Shown: positions 1 to 11,050, counted from the stretch's first letter. The stretch: 64,000 bases of DNA from Nitrospira sp. (GCA_024330925.1 JANDJK010000003.1:2075-66074); one strand, 5' to 3'. Made by a program: numbers and translations. The notes: a model not told the origin generated them from the sequence alone.

Positions 1-332
1 TCGCCCGTCAAACACAGCACATTTCGAATTCCCAGCATATGGGCGCCCAACAGATCTGATTGCATTGCGATACGATTTCGATCCCGGCAGGTAAGCTGCA
101 TCACCGGGTCATGTCCCAGCTCATACAGCAGGCGACAGACGGGAAGCGATCCGGCTCGCACAACGGCGGCCGTGTTATCCGTCACATTGACCCCATGGAC
201 CCGCCCCAGCAACTGCTTGGCACTGTCCAGAATGGCCGAGATGTTGGTTCCTTTGGGAGGATTGTACTCGACCGTGACCGCAAACTGTCCTTGTTCCAAT
301 ACCTCTATGAGCCTTCTGGGTTCCCGTGTCAT
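1..332 (-). CDS. metF: Methylenetetrahydrofolate reductase, N-terminal part (runs off window start)
   Basis: Hand translation from ATG at 332 gives MTREPRRLIEVLEQGQFAVTVEYNPPKG...VNVTDN...DPVMQLTCRDRNRIAMQSDLLGAHMLGIRNVLCLTGD. These are typical MTHFR motifs, and the gene lies downstream of folD. Not in the ORF track. Confidence 0.9.
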   Translation of the reverse strand, partial: MTREPRRLIEVLEQGQFAVTVEYNPPKGTNISAILDSAKQLLGRVHGVNVTDNTAAVVRAGSLPVCRLLYELGHDPVMQLTCRDRNRIAMQSDLLGAHMLGIRNVLCLTG

Positions 333-510
333 AACCTTTATCCTCGATTCCAACCTTGCGATCATTCCTCATGGGTCCATCGCAAAAGCCGCAGCCTCTC
401 TAGACAAGCTGCCATCTCCCCAATTCCGCTCACTCCCCTCGCCTTCCCCCTCGCTATGTGGCTCCAAACAAGCTCTTGGCAAGGTTCTTCCTTGCTCGAT
501 CACTGAGACC

Positions 511-1371
511 TTAGGCCAGCCCGGCACTCCGCTTAGCTGACTCCACCGTGTTCGCTAACAACATGGCGATCGTCATGGGACCAACGCCTCCTGGCACCGG
601 ACTGATCCAACTGGCCTTCTCACGAACTGCCTCAAAATCGACATCGCCGCATAACTTTCCGTCCGGCAACTTATTGGTGCCCACGTCAATGACGACCGCC
701 CCGTCTTTCACCATATCTGCCGTGACAAACTTGGCCTTTCCTATCGCCACCAGCAACAGGTCCGCTTCCCGACACACCACCGGCAGATCCTTCGTTTTGG
801 AGTGGCAAATGGTGACCGTCGCGTTGCGGTGCAGGAGCATCAGCGCCAGCGGTTTCCCCACAATGTTGCTCCGGCCAACGACCACCGCTCGTTTCCCTTC
901 GATCGTCACACCTGTCGATTCGATCATCTTAATGACCCCCTTCGGCGTGCAGGCTTCGAATACCGGGTTGCCCTCGACCAACCGGCCGAAGTTATAGGGG
1001 TGAAATCCATCAGCATCTTTGTTAGGCGACACAGCTTCGAGGATGACCCGGCTATCAATGTGTTTGGGCAAGGGCAGTTGGACCAAGATCCCGTGAATGG
1101 TGGGATCGGCGTTTTTCTTCTCGATCAACGCCAACAATTCGGCCTGTGTCGTCGAGGCCGGCAATTTATGATCGTCCACATAGATGCCAGCTAGTTCGCA
1201 AGCCTTCTGTTTGTTTTTGACATAAAGATGCGAAGCTGGATCATCACCGACCAAAATCGTCGCCAAGCCGGGTCTTATGCCGGTTTTCGCCAACACCGCC
1301 GCCGATTCGACAGCCAACTGTTCTCTCACCTGCTGAGCGAGCGCCTTTCCATCAATCAATTGTGCAGCCAC
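511..1371 (-). CDS. folD: Bifunctional methylene-THF dehydrogenase/cyclohydrolase
   Basis: LIDGKALA, GILVQLPLP, KDADGFHP, VVVGRSNIVGKP and PVPGGVGPMTIAML motifs. Confidence 0.98.
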   Translation of the reverse strand: MAAQLIDGKALAQQVREQLAVESAAVLAKTGIRPGLATILVGDDPASHLYVKNKQKACELAGIYVDDHKLPASTTQAELLALIEKKNADPTIHGILVQLPLPKHIDSRVILEAVSPNKDADGFHPYNFGRLVEGNPVFEACTPKGVIKMIESTGVTIEGKRAVVVGRSNIVGKPLALMLLHRNATVTICHSKTKDLPVVCREADLLLVAIGKAKFVTADMVKDGAVVIDVGTNKLPDGKLCGDVDFEAVREKASWISPVPGGVGPMTIAMLLANTVESAKRSAGLA

Positions 1372-1552
1372 GATCTCCCTCCAACCTATTGGCTATTGGC
1401 CCATACATAACGAGTGTTCCTTTAACGTGAACGCAGGCGCCGGCGCTTGTACTCGTTCCCCTCTGGCACCACACCGGCTCCTCGCGCAAGAAATGCGCCA
1501 ACTTAACAGGGCATTTTTGTCTAAGTCAACGACGGAGGCGCCGCTGGTTTTC

Positions 1553-1582
1553 TTGACACGCTCTTGGACCATTGGCTAGGAT
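1553..1582 (+). promoter_or_regulatory. Putative sigma70 promoter for the beta-propeller gene
   Basis: TTGACA (1553-1558), 18-nt spacer, TAGGAT (1577-1582). If real, the true start lies downstream of 1572. Confidence 0.4.
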
Positions 1583-2666
1583 GCCTTTTGCCCTGCTTAT
1601 GACTACGACAGGTAGAATCGGCAGTCCGCTCACTGCCAACCATGATGATATACTGAGGGTTCCCGTGTATCGTTGTATAAGCGCGGCGATCAGCGTCGCT
1701 GCCCTGGTGTTAAGTCTAGCCTCTCCCGTCATCGCAGCCCAGATCCTTGGTTTAGAATCACCCAACTGTTTCGTCGGTGATCAGTCCGGCGACTACTTCA
1801 TCTCCAACATCAACGGAGAACCGGAAGCCAGAGACAACAATGGATTCATCACCAAAGTAGACAGCCAGGGCAAGGTCACCCACTTAAAATTCATTCAAGG
1901 AGGGGTTGACAATGTGCACCTGCACGCCCCCAAAGGAATGGCTGTTGATGGGAAGATCCTGTACGTTGCGGATCTCGACCAGCTCAAGGGATTCGACAAA
2001 ACGACCGGGAAACCGCTCGTAACCATCTCGTTTCCCCCGCCCCCTTCTTCCCCCAACACTGTTTCCCTGACAGACGTGGCGGTCGGATCAAACGGGCTCT
2101 TATATGTGTCAGATCAAGGGGCCAACGCCATCTATCGCGTCGAGACTTTGGCGAATCACAGAGTGTCCCTTTTGATTCACGATGATCGGCTTGCTGGACC
2201 GACGGGAATTGCCGTTCATCCTCAGACCGGCCATGTGATCGCTGTCAGTTGGAATAAGGGGAAAATCTTTGATATTTCGCCCGATGGCCGCCTTACCGAA
2301 CTGGAATCCAATGGGTTCTTGACCGGGCGTTTTCAGAACTTAAGCGGTGTGGATTTCGACCGGTGGGGCAACATGTATGTATCCGACTTGACCAAAGGGA
2401 AAATCTGGCGTATGACGCGCGATGGCAAGTTTCATGTGATTGCCGAGTATTTACCTGCTCCCGCCCACATTGGTATCGATCGCACGAATAACATCATTCT
2501 GGTCCCCTATCAATATGACAACGCCGCCGAAATGAACGGCCTCGAAACACCGACGGTCAGCAAAGGCAAGAACGGTAAGCGAACCCTCGCAGACTACGGA
2601 TTCATCGCTTCTCCGCCTCAGACTCAAGCTGCCTCCCCACAGGCTGGAACGGCAGGAAACCAATGA
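1572..2666 (+). CDS. Secreted SMP-30/gluconolactonase-like (NHL-type) beta-propeller protein
   Basis: Signal-like segment AAISVAALVLSLASPVIAA. Repeated blade motifs: LESPNCF...YFISNING, LHAPKGMAV...LYVAD, LAGPTGIAV, LSGVDFDRWGNMYVSD. Start codon uncertain. Confidence 0.75.
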   Translation: MARMPFALLMTTTGRIGSPLTANHDDILRVPVYRCISAAISVAALVLSLASPVIAAQILGLESPNCFVGDQSGDYFISNINGEPEARDNNGFITKVDSQGKVTHLKFIQGGVDNVHLHAPKGMAVDGKILYVADLDQLKGFDKTTGKPLVTISFPPPPSSPNTVSLTDVAVGSNGLLYVSDQGANAIYRVETLANHRVSLLIHDDRLAGPTGIAVHPQTGHVIAVSWNKGKIFDISPDGRLTELESNGFLTGRFQNLSGVDFDRWGNMYVSDLTKGKIWRMTRDGKFHVIAEYLPAPAHIGIDRTNNIILVPYQYDNAAEMNGLETPTVSKGKNGKRTLADYGFIASPPQTQAASPQAGTAGNQ

Positions 2667-3358
2667 GCCTCTGCTCCTACTGCTCTCACCGCAAGGGCAA
2701 ACGTCCGTGCCCTGCACTTGGCGAATCCATCTGCAGTCCCTGTTGCGGCACACACCGCCTCGCTCGCATCACCTGTCCCACTCACTGCCACTATTTAGAT
2801 AGGGGAAGCAATTATCAAGAGAAACGGCTCGGCGAGCAATTGATGCCTCGGCGACGGGACTTTTATCACGAATTGGAGCACCTCGCTGGTCCCAAGGGAG
2901 TTGCACTATTTAACTTGATCGAGGTCGCAACCTATCGCTATTTTGAAGGGCGTCAGGACGGTCACGATGCCGAAGTGATTGCAGCGCTCCAATCATTACG
3001 TCGGGTGTTGAGCCCCTTGTACGTCCTGTCTTCACCACTACCCGTTTTTGCCGAATATCTCAAAAAGGAGTATGAAAACTTTTTGCAAGATCACCCGCAG
3101 GAGATCGCCGATCGGGACGAGGCTCCCCAAATTCTCGACTATGCCGTAGCCTTTGTCACTGCGTTCTCCGGAACTGATTTCCAATCCCGACGATTTCTCA
3201 ATGGCCTCCTCGGCTATGTCAACGCATACCACCCCAGCGTGGCGGAACAATTACGGGCCCAGCGAAACCGACGGTCCATCTTGTTACCTTCGACATCACT
3301 TTCTCCGATCACCTCCGTGCCCCCCATTCACAGACCAAACTGCGAACCTCCTCACTAG
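2663..3358 (+). CDS. Hypothetical protein with Cys-rich N-terminal putative zinc-binding domain
   Basis: CSYC..KGKRPCPALGESICSPCCGTHR...CPTHCHYL; ATGA overlap with the upstream gene. Confidence 0.75.
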   Translation: MSLCSYCSHRKGKRPCPALGESICSPCCGTHRLARITCPTHCHYLDRGSNYQEKRLGEQLMPRRRDFYHELEHLAGPKGVALFNLIEVATYRYFEGRQDGHDAEVIAALQSLRRVLSPLYVLSSPLPVFAEYLKKEYENFLQDHPQEIADRDEAPQILDYAVAFVTAFSGTDFQSRRFLNGLLGYVNAYHPSVAEQLRAQRNRRSILLPSTSLSPITSVPPIHRPNCEPPH

Positions 3359-3544
3359 CCCCACATGCCCCACCAATCGGCCATCGAAAAAACGGTTCTT
3401 GTTCGTCGCTCCACACAACGATCATAACGCTCGCGCATATTTCGATATGCCATCATTCGCCTCCGTGATCGACCGTGAATCAACGTGCTGAAGCACCCCT
3501 TGCCCGCGATCATCGCTTGTCCTTCTTTATCGTCGATGGAGTCC

Positions 3545-3569
3545 ACCATCACTAACCATCACTAACCAT
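3545..3569. repeat. Short tandem repeat (ACCATCACTA) x2.5
   Basis: Read directly; lies just downstream of the PilZ stop. Confidence 0.8.
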
Positions 3570-3575
3570 TCCACT

Positions 3576-3926
3576 TTAGCGGGAGACAACCGACAACTTA
3601 CTCCCCTCTTCTCGCAATCGGCTCTCGACATATCGCGCTAACCGCTGGTCCATTTCGTTTGAGAGCGAGACAATCTGAACACCACATTGCTTCCCATCGC
3701 TCCATCGAACGAGAGCCTGGTCAATTTCCACCACCTCATCATCCGGCAACCACAGGCGGACAGCAACCAGGATACCCCTCGGAGGGGGAAATGGAACGTC
3801 CATTCTTAAACCATTCAAAGACAGGTCGCGCACCACAATCCTCTGCACCGACCCGTGGACGGCGAGGACTCCTCCACCTTCCACCTCAATCCTGCGGTAC
3901 ATCCGTCGAGTGGAGACTGTACGCAT
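3576..3926 (-). CDS. Single-domain PilZ protein
   Basis: RRMYRR (RxxxR) and DLSLNG (D/NxSxxG) c-di-GMP-binding motifs, followed by ALVRW. Confidence 0.85.
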   Translation of the reverse strand: MRTVSTRRMYRRIEVEGGGVLAVHGSVQRIVVRDLSLNGLRMDVPFPPPRGILVAVRLWLPDDEVVEIDQALVRWSDGKQCGVQIVSLSNEMDQRLARYVESRLREEGSKLSVVSR

Positions 3927-4121
3927 AGACCAACTCCTGTGGCTAAGTCATGAGCTAATGGACTGACTGTTCGCCAAAGGATAGCGGCTCTGAAACAGCA
4001 GGACTATGCTACAAAAGGGGGCCCTCAAAAGTGGGAACTTCAAAACGAGGCCGAGAGCCCCCTGGACGGGGAAGACAAGTCGCCAGCGAGAGGGAAGGAT
4101 CTTCGACCATCGGCCAACTTC

Positions 4122-4775
4122 CTAGTCCACGATCGTGACCGTCATTTCAATCCGTTCCTTCGGGTTGTCCCGCTCATCGCGTGGCACATTCGCGATTTTG
4201 TCGGCAACACCGATCCCCTTCACCACTTTACCGAACACGGTATATCTGTTATCCAGAAACGGTGAGTCCTCCACGACGATAAAAAACTGCGAGCCTGCCG
4301 AATCGGGATCCTGGGCCCGAGCCATCGAGACGATCCCCCGTTTGTGGGAAATGTCATTGAACTCCGCCTTGAGTCGAATGGGGCGGCCATTCTCATCAGT
4401 TGGTCCTCCCATGCCATACAGGTCCTTCTTCAGCGAATCCTTAGTGTTGGGATCACCGCCTTGGATCATGAATCCGGGGATGACTCGATGAAAAATCGTC
4501 CCATTATAGAACCCTGACTTGGCCAGTTTGATAAAGTTTTCGACGTGCCTCGGTGCCACGTCGGGAAAGAACATGATCTCCATATCCCCGAATTTCGTCT
4601 TGATGATGGCCCGCGGCCCCTTGGAGGGAGCTTCTTGTTGATTCGATGGTTTGTCAGCAGCGACAATGGGGCTGGGAGTCGAAAGAGACCAGGCGCATCC
4701 TGTTAACAATGCCATACCGATCGTCACGCCCACTCGTCGTATCCACATACCCATCCTCCGTTCGTTGTGTCTCAT
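4122..4775 (-). CDS. Cyclophilin-type peptidyl-prolyl isomerase with signal peptide
   Basis: FYNGTIFHRVIPGFMIQGGDP, HKRGIVSMAR, DSAGSQFFIV, YTVFGKV. Confidence 0.95.
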   Translation of the reverse strand: MRHNERRMGMWIRRVGVTIGMALLTGCAWSLSTPSPIVAADKPSNQQEAPSKGPRAIIKTKFGDMEIMFFPDVAPRHVENFIKLAKSGFYNGTIFHRVIPGFMIQGGDPNTKDSLKKDLYGMGGPTDENGRPIRLKAEFNDISHKRGIVSMARAQDPDSAGSQFFIVVEDSPFLDNRYTVFGKVVKGIGVADKIANVPRDERDNPKERIEMTVTIVD

Positions 4776-5500
4776 TGTATCAACCGTTCCAAAGCTGACC
4801 GTGCCGCTTCCTGCTCGGCCTCTTTCTTGCTCAATCCCTGCCCCGTTCCGATCGTCATCCCCTCCATGATCACTTCCACTCCAAAGACTTTGCGATGATC
4901 AGGTCCTGTTTCTTGCACAGTCCTATAGAGCGGCAACGACTTACGATGTTTTTGGCACCACTCCTGCAGCCTTGTCTTATAATCATCGCCGCCGGGATTC
5001 GTCCGCATCAATTCCGTTTTTTGCAATTCTTCTCCTAACACATCGAGCACAAAGAGCCGGCTTGCTTCAAGCCCGCCATCAAGGTACACGGCAGCGATAA
5101 GGGCCTCCAGGGCATTGGCCAAGAGAGACGATTTTTCTCGTCCTCTCGATCGTTCTTCACCTCGTCCCAACCTGAGGCGAGGGCCAAGATTCAGCCGCCG
5201 AGCGGCGGCGGCCAGTGACACCTCACTTACCAAACCAGCCTTCAGTTTCGAAAGCATACCCTCCCTCATACTGGGATAGCGGATCGCGAGGTGCTCAGTA
5301 ATGATTAGCGACAGCACCGCATCTCCGAGAAACTCAAGCCGCTCATTGTGGCGAAGCGCCACGCTTTTGCTCTCGTTGACATAGGACTTATGGGTCAAAG
5401 CTTCATCGAGCAGCGAGGGGTCGCGAAAACGATAGGAAAGCCAACCGTGCTGAGTTTCGGCTCGGTCAGCTGATGTCATCGGCGCACTGGTACTAGGCAT
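4772..5500 (-). CDS. rnc: Ribonuclease III
   Basis: [19 protein letters not shown] signature, C-terminal dsRBD (DYKTRLQE...[10 protein letters not shown]). Confidence 0.98.
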   Translation of the reverse strand: MPSTSAPMTSADRAETQHGWLSYRFRDPSLLDEALTHKSYVNESKSVALRHNERLEFLGDAVLSLIITEHLAIRYPSMREGMLSKLKAGLVSEVSLAAAARRLNLGPRLRLGRGEERSRGREKSSLLANALEALIAAVYLDGGLEASRLFVLDVLGEELQKTELMRTNPGGDDYKTRLQEWCQKHRKSLPLYRTVQETGPDHRKVFGVEVIMEGMTIGTGQGLSKKEAEQEAARSALERLIQ

Positions 5501-6764
5501 CTACACGTTTGAAGATCAAGCAGGCGTTCACCCCCCCAAACCCGAAGGAATTCGACAAGGCTGCAGTAATGGGGACTGTTCGTGCCTTATGGGGTACGTA
5601 ATCCAAATCACACGCCGGGTCCGGGTTATCGAGATTGATGGTAGGCGGCACCACTCCGTGAAAGAGAGCCAGAATGCTGAAAATCGCTTCGACCCCTCCT
5701 GCTGCACCGAGCAGATGTCCCGTCATCGACTTGGTCGAGCTAATCGGAATGCTGTAGGCTCGTTCACCAAACACCGTTTTGATGGCCCGTGTCTCGATGG
5801 CGTCGGCCATTGTGGAAGTCCCGTGGGCATTGATATAGCCGATCTGCTCTTTACTGATACCTGCATCTTGAATCGCCAGTTCCATGCAACGGACCGCCCC
5901 TTCACCATCTTCAGGTGGCGCCGTGATGTGATAGGCGTCGCTGTTCATCCCATATCCGATAATTTCAGCATACATCTTCGCGCCGCGCCGGCGGGCGTGT
6001 TCCATCTCTTCGATGACGAGCACACCAGCCCCCTCCCCCAGCACAAACCCGTCCCGATCCCGATCAAACGGCCGGCTGGCCTTGGTCGGTTCGTCGTTTC
6101 GAAAGGACAACGCCTTGGCGGCAGCAAATCCTGCAACGCCCAATGGCGTCACTGCCGCTTCCGCGCCGCCTGCCACCATGACATCGGCACAACCGTATTG
6201 AATGAGGCGAAAGGCATCTCCGATACAATGGTTGCCCGTTGCACAGGCCGTCACAATGGAAGAATTGGGGCCCTTAGCGCCAATCCGAATCGCTACCTGC
6301 CCAGACGCGAGGTTGATGATGGTCATGGGGATAAAAAACGGTGAGACCCGCCCTGGTCCCTTTTCTTTAAGCACGTCGTGATACCGCTCGATCGACCCTA
6401 GTCCGCCAATACCAGAGCCGATGTACACCCCAACTCGGGTCGCCTCTTCTTCGGTAACTTTCAAACCCGCATCATCCACCGCCAATTGAGCGGCACCCAC
6501 GGCATAGTGGATAAAGGTGTCCATCTTTTTGATCTCTTTTTTCTCGATAAACTGGGCTGGGTCGAAATCCGTCACCTCGCCAGCAATCTGAGCATCGTAA
6601 CCGGTCGGATCAAATTTTGTGATCCGGCGGATGCCCGACTCTCCCGCACACAAGGCCTTCCAGGTCTTTTCAACCCCGGTCCCTAGCGGGGTGATCAGCC
6701 CCAACCCCGTAACGACGACCCGGCGGCTTGGCCGATCCGGTTGAGCGAACTGACGGGCTAGCAT
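5493..6764 (-). CDS. fabF: 3-oxoacyl-ACP synthase II
   Basis: [15 protein letters not shown] (catalytic Cys), [27 protein letters not shown]. Confidence 0.98.
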   Translation of the reverse strand: MLARQFAQPDRPSRRVVVTGLGLITPLGTGVEKTWKALCAGESGIRRITKFDPTGYDAQIAGEVTDFDPAQFIEKKEIKKMDTFIHYAVGAAQLAVDDAGLKVTEEEATRVGVYIGSGIGGLGSIERYHDVLKEKGPGRVSPFFIPMTIINLASGQVAIRIGAKGPNSSIVTACATGNHCIGDAFRLIQYGCADVMVAGGAEAAVTPLGVAGFAAAKALSFRNDEPTKASRPFDRDRDGFVLGEGAGVLVIEEMEHARRRGAKMYAEIIGYGMNSDAYHITAPPEDGEGAVRCMELAIQDAGISKEQIGYINAHGTSTMADAIETRAIKTVFGERAYSIPISSTKSMTGHLLGAAGGVEAIFSILALFHGVVPPTINLDNPDPACDLDYVPHKARTVPITAALSNSFGFGGVNACLIFKRVDA

Positions 6765-6991
6765 TTTCCCTTGATGTATTCCATCGCTTTACCAACTGTC
6801 AGAATCTTTTCTGCGTCTTCATCCGGAATTTCGATCGAAAACTCTTCCTCTAACGCCATCACCAATTCCACAGTATCGAGCGAATCGGCGCCGAGATCTT
6901 CGACAAAAGAGGCCTCGGGAGTCACTTCGTCCTCCTCCACGCCCAATTGTTCGGCAATGATCTTCCTCACCCGCTCTTCAACAGTTGCCAT
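6758..6991 (-). CDS. acpP: Acyl carrier protein
   Basis: [20 protein letters not shown]. Confidence 0.99.
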   Translation of the reverse strand: MATVEERVRKIIAEQLGVEEDEVTPEASFVEDLGADSLDTVELVMALEEEFSIEIPDEDAEKILTVGKAMEYIKGKC

Positions 6992-7081
6992 TGCTATACT
7001 TCCCTCCTTCCCTCATGAAAACCGCTTGCGTGCCGCAGTACGGAACCGTGACAGCCGACCTTGAGATCTCGATGATACATG

Positions 7082-7825
7082 CTATGCCATCAACATGCCA
7101 CCGTTCACATGCAGCACATGGCCGGTGATATAGGTCGCATCGTCCGACACGAGAAACCGTACCGCCGCCGCGACATCAGCCGGTGTGCCCAACCGGCCCA
7201 ACGGAATTTGCTTTTGCAGCGCCTCTTTAATGTCGGCTGGCAAACCGTGCGTCATGGCCGTATCGATGAAGCCGGGCGCCACTGCATTAACCGTGATATT
7301 GCGACTTGCGTATTCCCGCGCCACTGTTTTGGTAAAGCCGATCACCGCTGCCTTTGATGCCGCATAGTTGGCTTGCCCCACATTGCCCATGACGCCCACG
7401 ATCGAAGCAATATTAACGATACGACCATACCGCTGCTTGGTCATCGTCGGCAAGACAGCCTTCGTACAGTTGAACGTCCCGTTCAAATTAACCTGCAGCA
7501 CGAGATTCCAGTCCTCGTCTTTCATGCGGAGCAAGAGACCGTCGCGTGTAATGCCAGCGTTGTTCACCAATATATCGATTCGTCCCCACGCTTTCAGGAC
7601 CTCTGCAGCCATCACCTTGGTCTCACCCGCTTCGGCCACATTGACCTTGACGTTTAGCGCTCGCCTGCCCAACTTTTCAATAGCGTGCACCGTTTCACTG
7701 GAACGGGCCTGGTCCAAATCCGCGACGACGACATCGGCACCATCCTCCGCCAGCCGTTCGGCAATGGCCCGGCCGATCCCCTGAGCCGCGCCGGTCACAA
7801 TTGCAACTTTTCCCGCTAACTCCAT
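7082..7825 (-). CDS. fabG: 3-oxoacyl-ACP reductase
   Basis: TGAAQGIG, NNAGITRD, YAASK; located in the fab cluster. Confidence 0.97.
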   Translation of the reverse strand: MELAGKVAIVTGAAQGIGRAIAERLAEDGADVVVADLDQARSSETVHAIEKLGRRALNVKVNVAEAGETKVMAAEVLKAWGRIDILVNNAGITRDGLLLRMKDEDWNLVLQVNLNGTFNCTKAVLPTMTKQRYGRIVNIASIVGVMGNVGQANYAASKAAVIGFTKTVAREYASRNITVNAVAPGFIDTAMTHGLPADIKEALQKQIPLGRLGTPADVAAAVRFLVSDDATYITGHVLHVNGGMLMA

Positions 7826-7907
7826 CCGTCATCCCCCGTCTGATTCATCGATTCGCCCTCGCACCGGCAGCACGACTCACTTCGCTCACAGCCCAAGTTT
7901 CCGCCAC

Positions 7908-8864
7908 CTATCCTCTCAGCGCATTCGACGTCGCCAGGAGTGTGCCGGGATCTTGTACGTTGAAGAGCTTCGCTTCCGGCACAATACGCTTGATGAGTCC
8001 TGTCAACACGGTCCCCGGTCCCACCTCAACAAAGGTGGTGACACCCATTCTCACCATGGTTTGAATAGTATCGATCCATAACACAGGTGAGGGCAGTTGC
8101 CGAATCAACGACGATCGAACATCGCTTGCCTTAGTAATGGCCTTGGCTTCGACATTGTTGATCAACGGCACTTTCAAATCTGACCATCGGACGGAGGCGA
8201 CATCGGCTGCCAATCGATTAGCCGCCCCTTGCATCAATGGGGTATGGACTGGCACACTGACCGGCAGGGGTATCGCCCGTTTGCATCCCCTCGTCTTGGC
8301 CATCTCAATTGCCCGTTCGACCGCCGCTTTCTCTCCAGCAATAACGATCTGACCAGGCGAGTTATAATTCGCCGGAGCCACCACCCCCACTGAAGATGCC
8401 TGGCGACAGACATCCTCCACTACGTCAGCCGTCAAGCCAAGCAAAGCCGCCACGAGCCCAGATCCGGGTGCGACCGCCTCCGACATATAGCGCCCTCGTT
8501 TTTGAACCAGCGCAACCGCATCACTAAACGAGAGCCCTCCCGCCACCACCAATGCCGAATATTCTCCCAAGCTGTGGCCTGCTACAGCCACAGGCTTAAG
8601 GCTGACAACCATCTCCAACGCCTGCCACGCTGCAATGCTGCTGACCAACAAAGCAGGCTGCGTATATTCGGTCAAGTTCAGTCGCTCAGCCGGCCCTTCG
8701 AAACACAAGGTTGCACAGTCATACCCCAGCACCGCCGACGCCTCATCGTAGAGACGCTTGAGCTCCGGGTATGCCTCGTACAAGGCCCGGCCCATCCCAA
8801 CAGCTTGTGATCCCTGTCCTGGAAAGACCAGACCCAGGCTTTCTGCTCCTCCCTGTACCATCAA
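7908..8864 (-). CDS. fabD: Malonyl-CoA:ACP transacylase
   Basis: FPGQGSQ, TQPAL, AGHSLGEYSAL, FVEVGPG. Confidence 0.97.
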   Translation of the reverse strand: MMVQGGAESLGLVFPGQGSQAVGMGRALYEAYPELKRLYDEASAVLGYDCATLCFEGPAERLNLTEYTQPALLVSSIAAWQALEMVVSLKPVAVAGHSLGEYSALVVAGGLSFSDAVALVQKRGRYMSEAVAPGSGLVAALLGLTADVVEDVCRQASSVGVVAPANYNSPGQIVIAGEKAAVERAIEMAKTRGCKRAIPLPVSVPVHTPLMQGAANRLAADVASVRWSDLKVPLINNVEAKAITKASDVRSSLIRQLPSPVLWIDTIQTMVRMGVTTFVEVGPGTVLTGLIKRIVPEAKLFNVQDPGTLLATSNALRG

Positions 8865-9035
8865 TCGCTCAATATCGAACTGCTAGATATCGTAGAAACC
8901 CACGAGATTGTCAACGGGAAAAGTGCTTGGTGCCGACTACAACTCCTCTCCCCTGCGCTCGGCAACTGCTCACCGTCACTCCCCATGCCACCTCACCCTC
9001 CACCATACCATCACGCTTTGCCAGGCGATTCCGTC

Positions 9036-10025
9036 TTACCATCGAATCATCGCGGACGCCCAGGTCAGTCCCGCTCCAAATGCTCCAATCATAACCATCG
9101 ACCCTGCCTTGATCCGGCCAGCACGCACCGCTTCGTCCAGTGCAATAGGAATAGATGCTGCTGACGTATTGCCGTACCGGTCAAGATTGCACATCACTTT
9201 CTCTGGCGGCAACCCCAACCGCTCGATTACAGCCGCCAGGATCCTCTTATTGGCCTGATGGGGCACATAGAGATCCACATCGTCCACGCTCAACCCGTTG
9301 GCAGCCAACGTTTCACGGGCGATTTCCTCTAATGTCCGCACTGCCACCTTGAAAGTCTCATGCCCCTTCATCTTGATACACTGCAGCCGCTCAGCAATCG
9401 TTTTGTCCGACGACGGATTGCGCGATCCACCAGCTGGCACCGTAATCAGCTCGCTGAACTGGCCATCCGAACGAAGGTGGGTGGAGAGGATCCCCCGCCC
9501 ATCCATTCCTTCTCCGGCGCTCACAACCACTGCACCAGCTCCGTCACCAAAGAGGATGCACGTGGTGCGGTCCGTCCAATCCGTGAGAACCGACATGACT
9601 TCTGACCCAATCACAAGCACATGCCGCATGCCGGTTCTGATATAGGCATCGGCCACCGACAGGGCATAGACAAACCCGCAGCAGGCGGCGGAAAGATCAC
9701 ACGCTGCCGCCTTGGTTGCTCCGAGCCGATACTGGACCACACAAGCTGTCGCCGGAAGTGGATAGTCGCCGGTGCAGGTAGCAACCAACACCATGTCCAA
9801 ATCAGTCGCAGAAAGCCGTGCTGCTTCTAGGGCTCGCTGACCAGCCTGAACAGCCAGGTCAGAGCAGGCCTCTCCCCCTGCTGCAATACGGCGCTCACGA
9901 ATACCGGTTCGTTCCCGGATCCACTCATCCGACGTCGCGACCATCCGTTCTAGATCCGCATTGGTCAGCACCTTGGCCGGTGCATAGGAGCCTGTTCCAG
10001 AGATCCACGGTCTCATGGGTCTCAT
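9036..10025 (-). CDS. fabH: 3-oxoacyl-ACP synthase III
   Basis: TSDEWIRERTGI, AACCGF, FGDGAGA, PHQAN, GNTSAAS. Confidence 0.97.
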   Translation of the reverse strand: MRPMRPWISGTGSYAPAKVLTNADLERMVATSDEWIRERTGIRERRIAAGGEACSDLAVQAGQRALEAARLSATDLDMVLVATCTGDYPLPATACVVQYRLGATKAAACDLSAACCGFVYALSVADAYIRTGMRHVLVIGSEVMSVLTDWTDRTTCILFGDGAGAVVVSAGEGMDGRGILSTHLRSDGQFSELITVPAGGSRNPSSDKTIAERLQCIKMKGHETFKVAVRTLEEIARETLAANGLSVDDVDLYVPHQANKRILAAVIERLGLPPEKVMCNLDRYGNTSAASIPIALDEAVRAGRIKAGSMVMIGAFGAGLTWASAMIRW

Positions 10026-11050
10026 GTGCGCGCCTCCACAGATGAGCGGGCGAGACTTTCTTCAATATTGCGTTGGATCAGTTCGCGCACATGAGCATCG
10101 GCCATCCCCTTGGCTCGTCGAATCGCGTTTTTGATGGCCTTCGCCGACGAACGGCCATGACAGATGATGGTAATGCCATTGACTCCTAGCAGCGGCGCAC
10201 CGCCAAACTCCGCATAATCGATCCGCCGTTTTAATTTCCGCAACGGCCCTGCAATCAGCGGATAGGCCAACCGGCCAAGCCACGAACTAGACAACTCCTT
10301 CTCCAGCAACTTGCTGATCGTTTCGGCAACCCCTTCAGAGATCTTCAGCGCCACATTCCCGATAAAGCCGTCGCAGACAACCACGTCCGCGATCCCACTG
10401 TACACCTCGCGGCCCTCAACGTTGCCGATAAAATTCAACGGGCTGGCCTTTAATAGTTTAAAGGCTTCTTTGGTGACCTCATTGCCTTTACTGTCTTCTT
10501 CGCCAATGCTCAGCAAGCCGATGCGGGGGTTCGGTTTGCCAAAGAGATGTTTCCCATATTCATTACCCATCACAGCAAATTGATGGAGATCTTTGGCACT
10601 GCAATCGACATTGGCCCCCACATCCAAAATGATGGCCTCACCGGAGACTGTCGGTAGACTGGTCGCAATGGCCGGTCGCTCCACTCCCTTGGTCAATCCC
10701 AGCACGAAAAACGAAGCCACCATGCTGGCGCCGGTATTGCCCGGGCTGACCACAGCATCGGCCTCTCCGTTTTTGACCATCGTGGTGGCAACCCAAATCG
10801 AGGAATCCCGCTTTTTCCGAACCACCGTGGACGGCGATTCGTGCATCGACACCACCTGAGGCGCATGACGAATGGACAGTCGACTGTCATGACAACGCAA
10901 CCGCCGGCATTCCTCCTTGAGCAGAGCCTCATCCCCTACAAGGATGACCTCGACATCTGCTTCCCTGACGGCTTGGAGGGCACCTTCGATGCAAGGAGGA
11001 GGGCCATAATCTCCCCCTACGGCATCAAGGGCAATCTTCATGCGCGACAT
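10022..11050 (-). CDS. plsX: Phosphate acyltransferase
   Basis: IALDAVGGD, GNTGA, LDVGANVD, FIGNVEG, DVVVCDGFIGN, HGRS. Confidence 0.97.
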   Translation of the reverse strand: MSRMKIALDAVGGDYGPPPCIEGALQAVREADVEVILVGDEALLKEECRRLRCHDSRLSIRHAPQVVSMHESPSTVVRKKRDSSIWVATTMVKNGEADAVVSPGNTGASMVASFFVLGLTKGVERPAIATSLPTVSGEAIILDVGANVDCSAKDLHQFAVMGNEYGKHLFGKPNPRIGLLSIGEEDSKGNEVTKEAFKLLKASPLNFIGNVEGREVYSGIADVVVCDGFIGNVALKISEGVAETISKLLEKELSSSWLGRLAYPLIAGPLRKLKRRIDYAEFGGAPLLGVNGITIICHGRSSAKAIKNAIRRAKGMADAHVRELIQRNIEESLARSSVEART

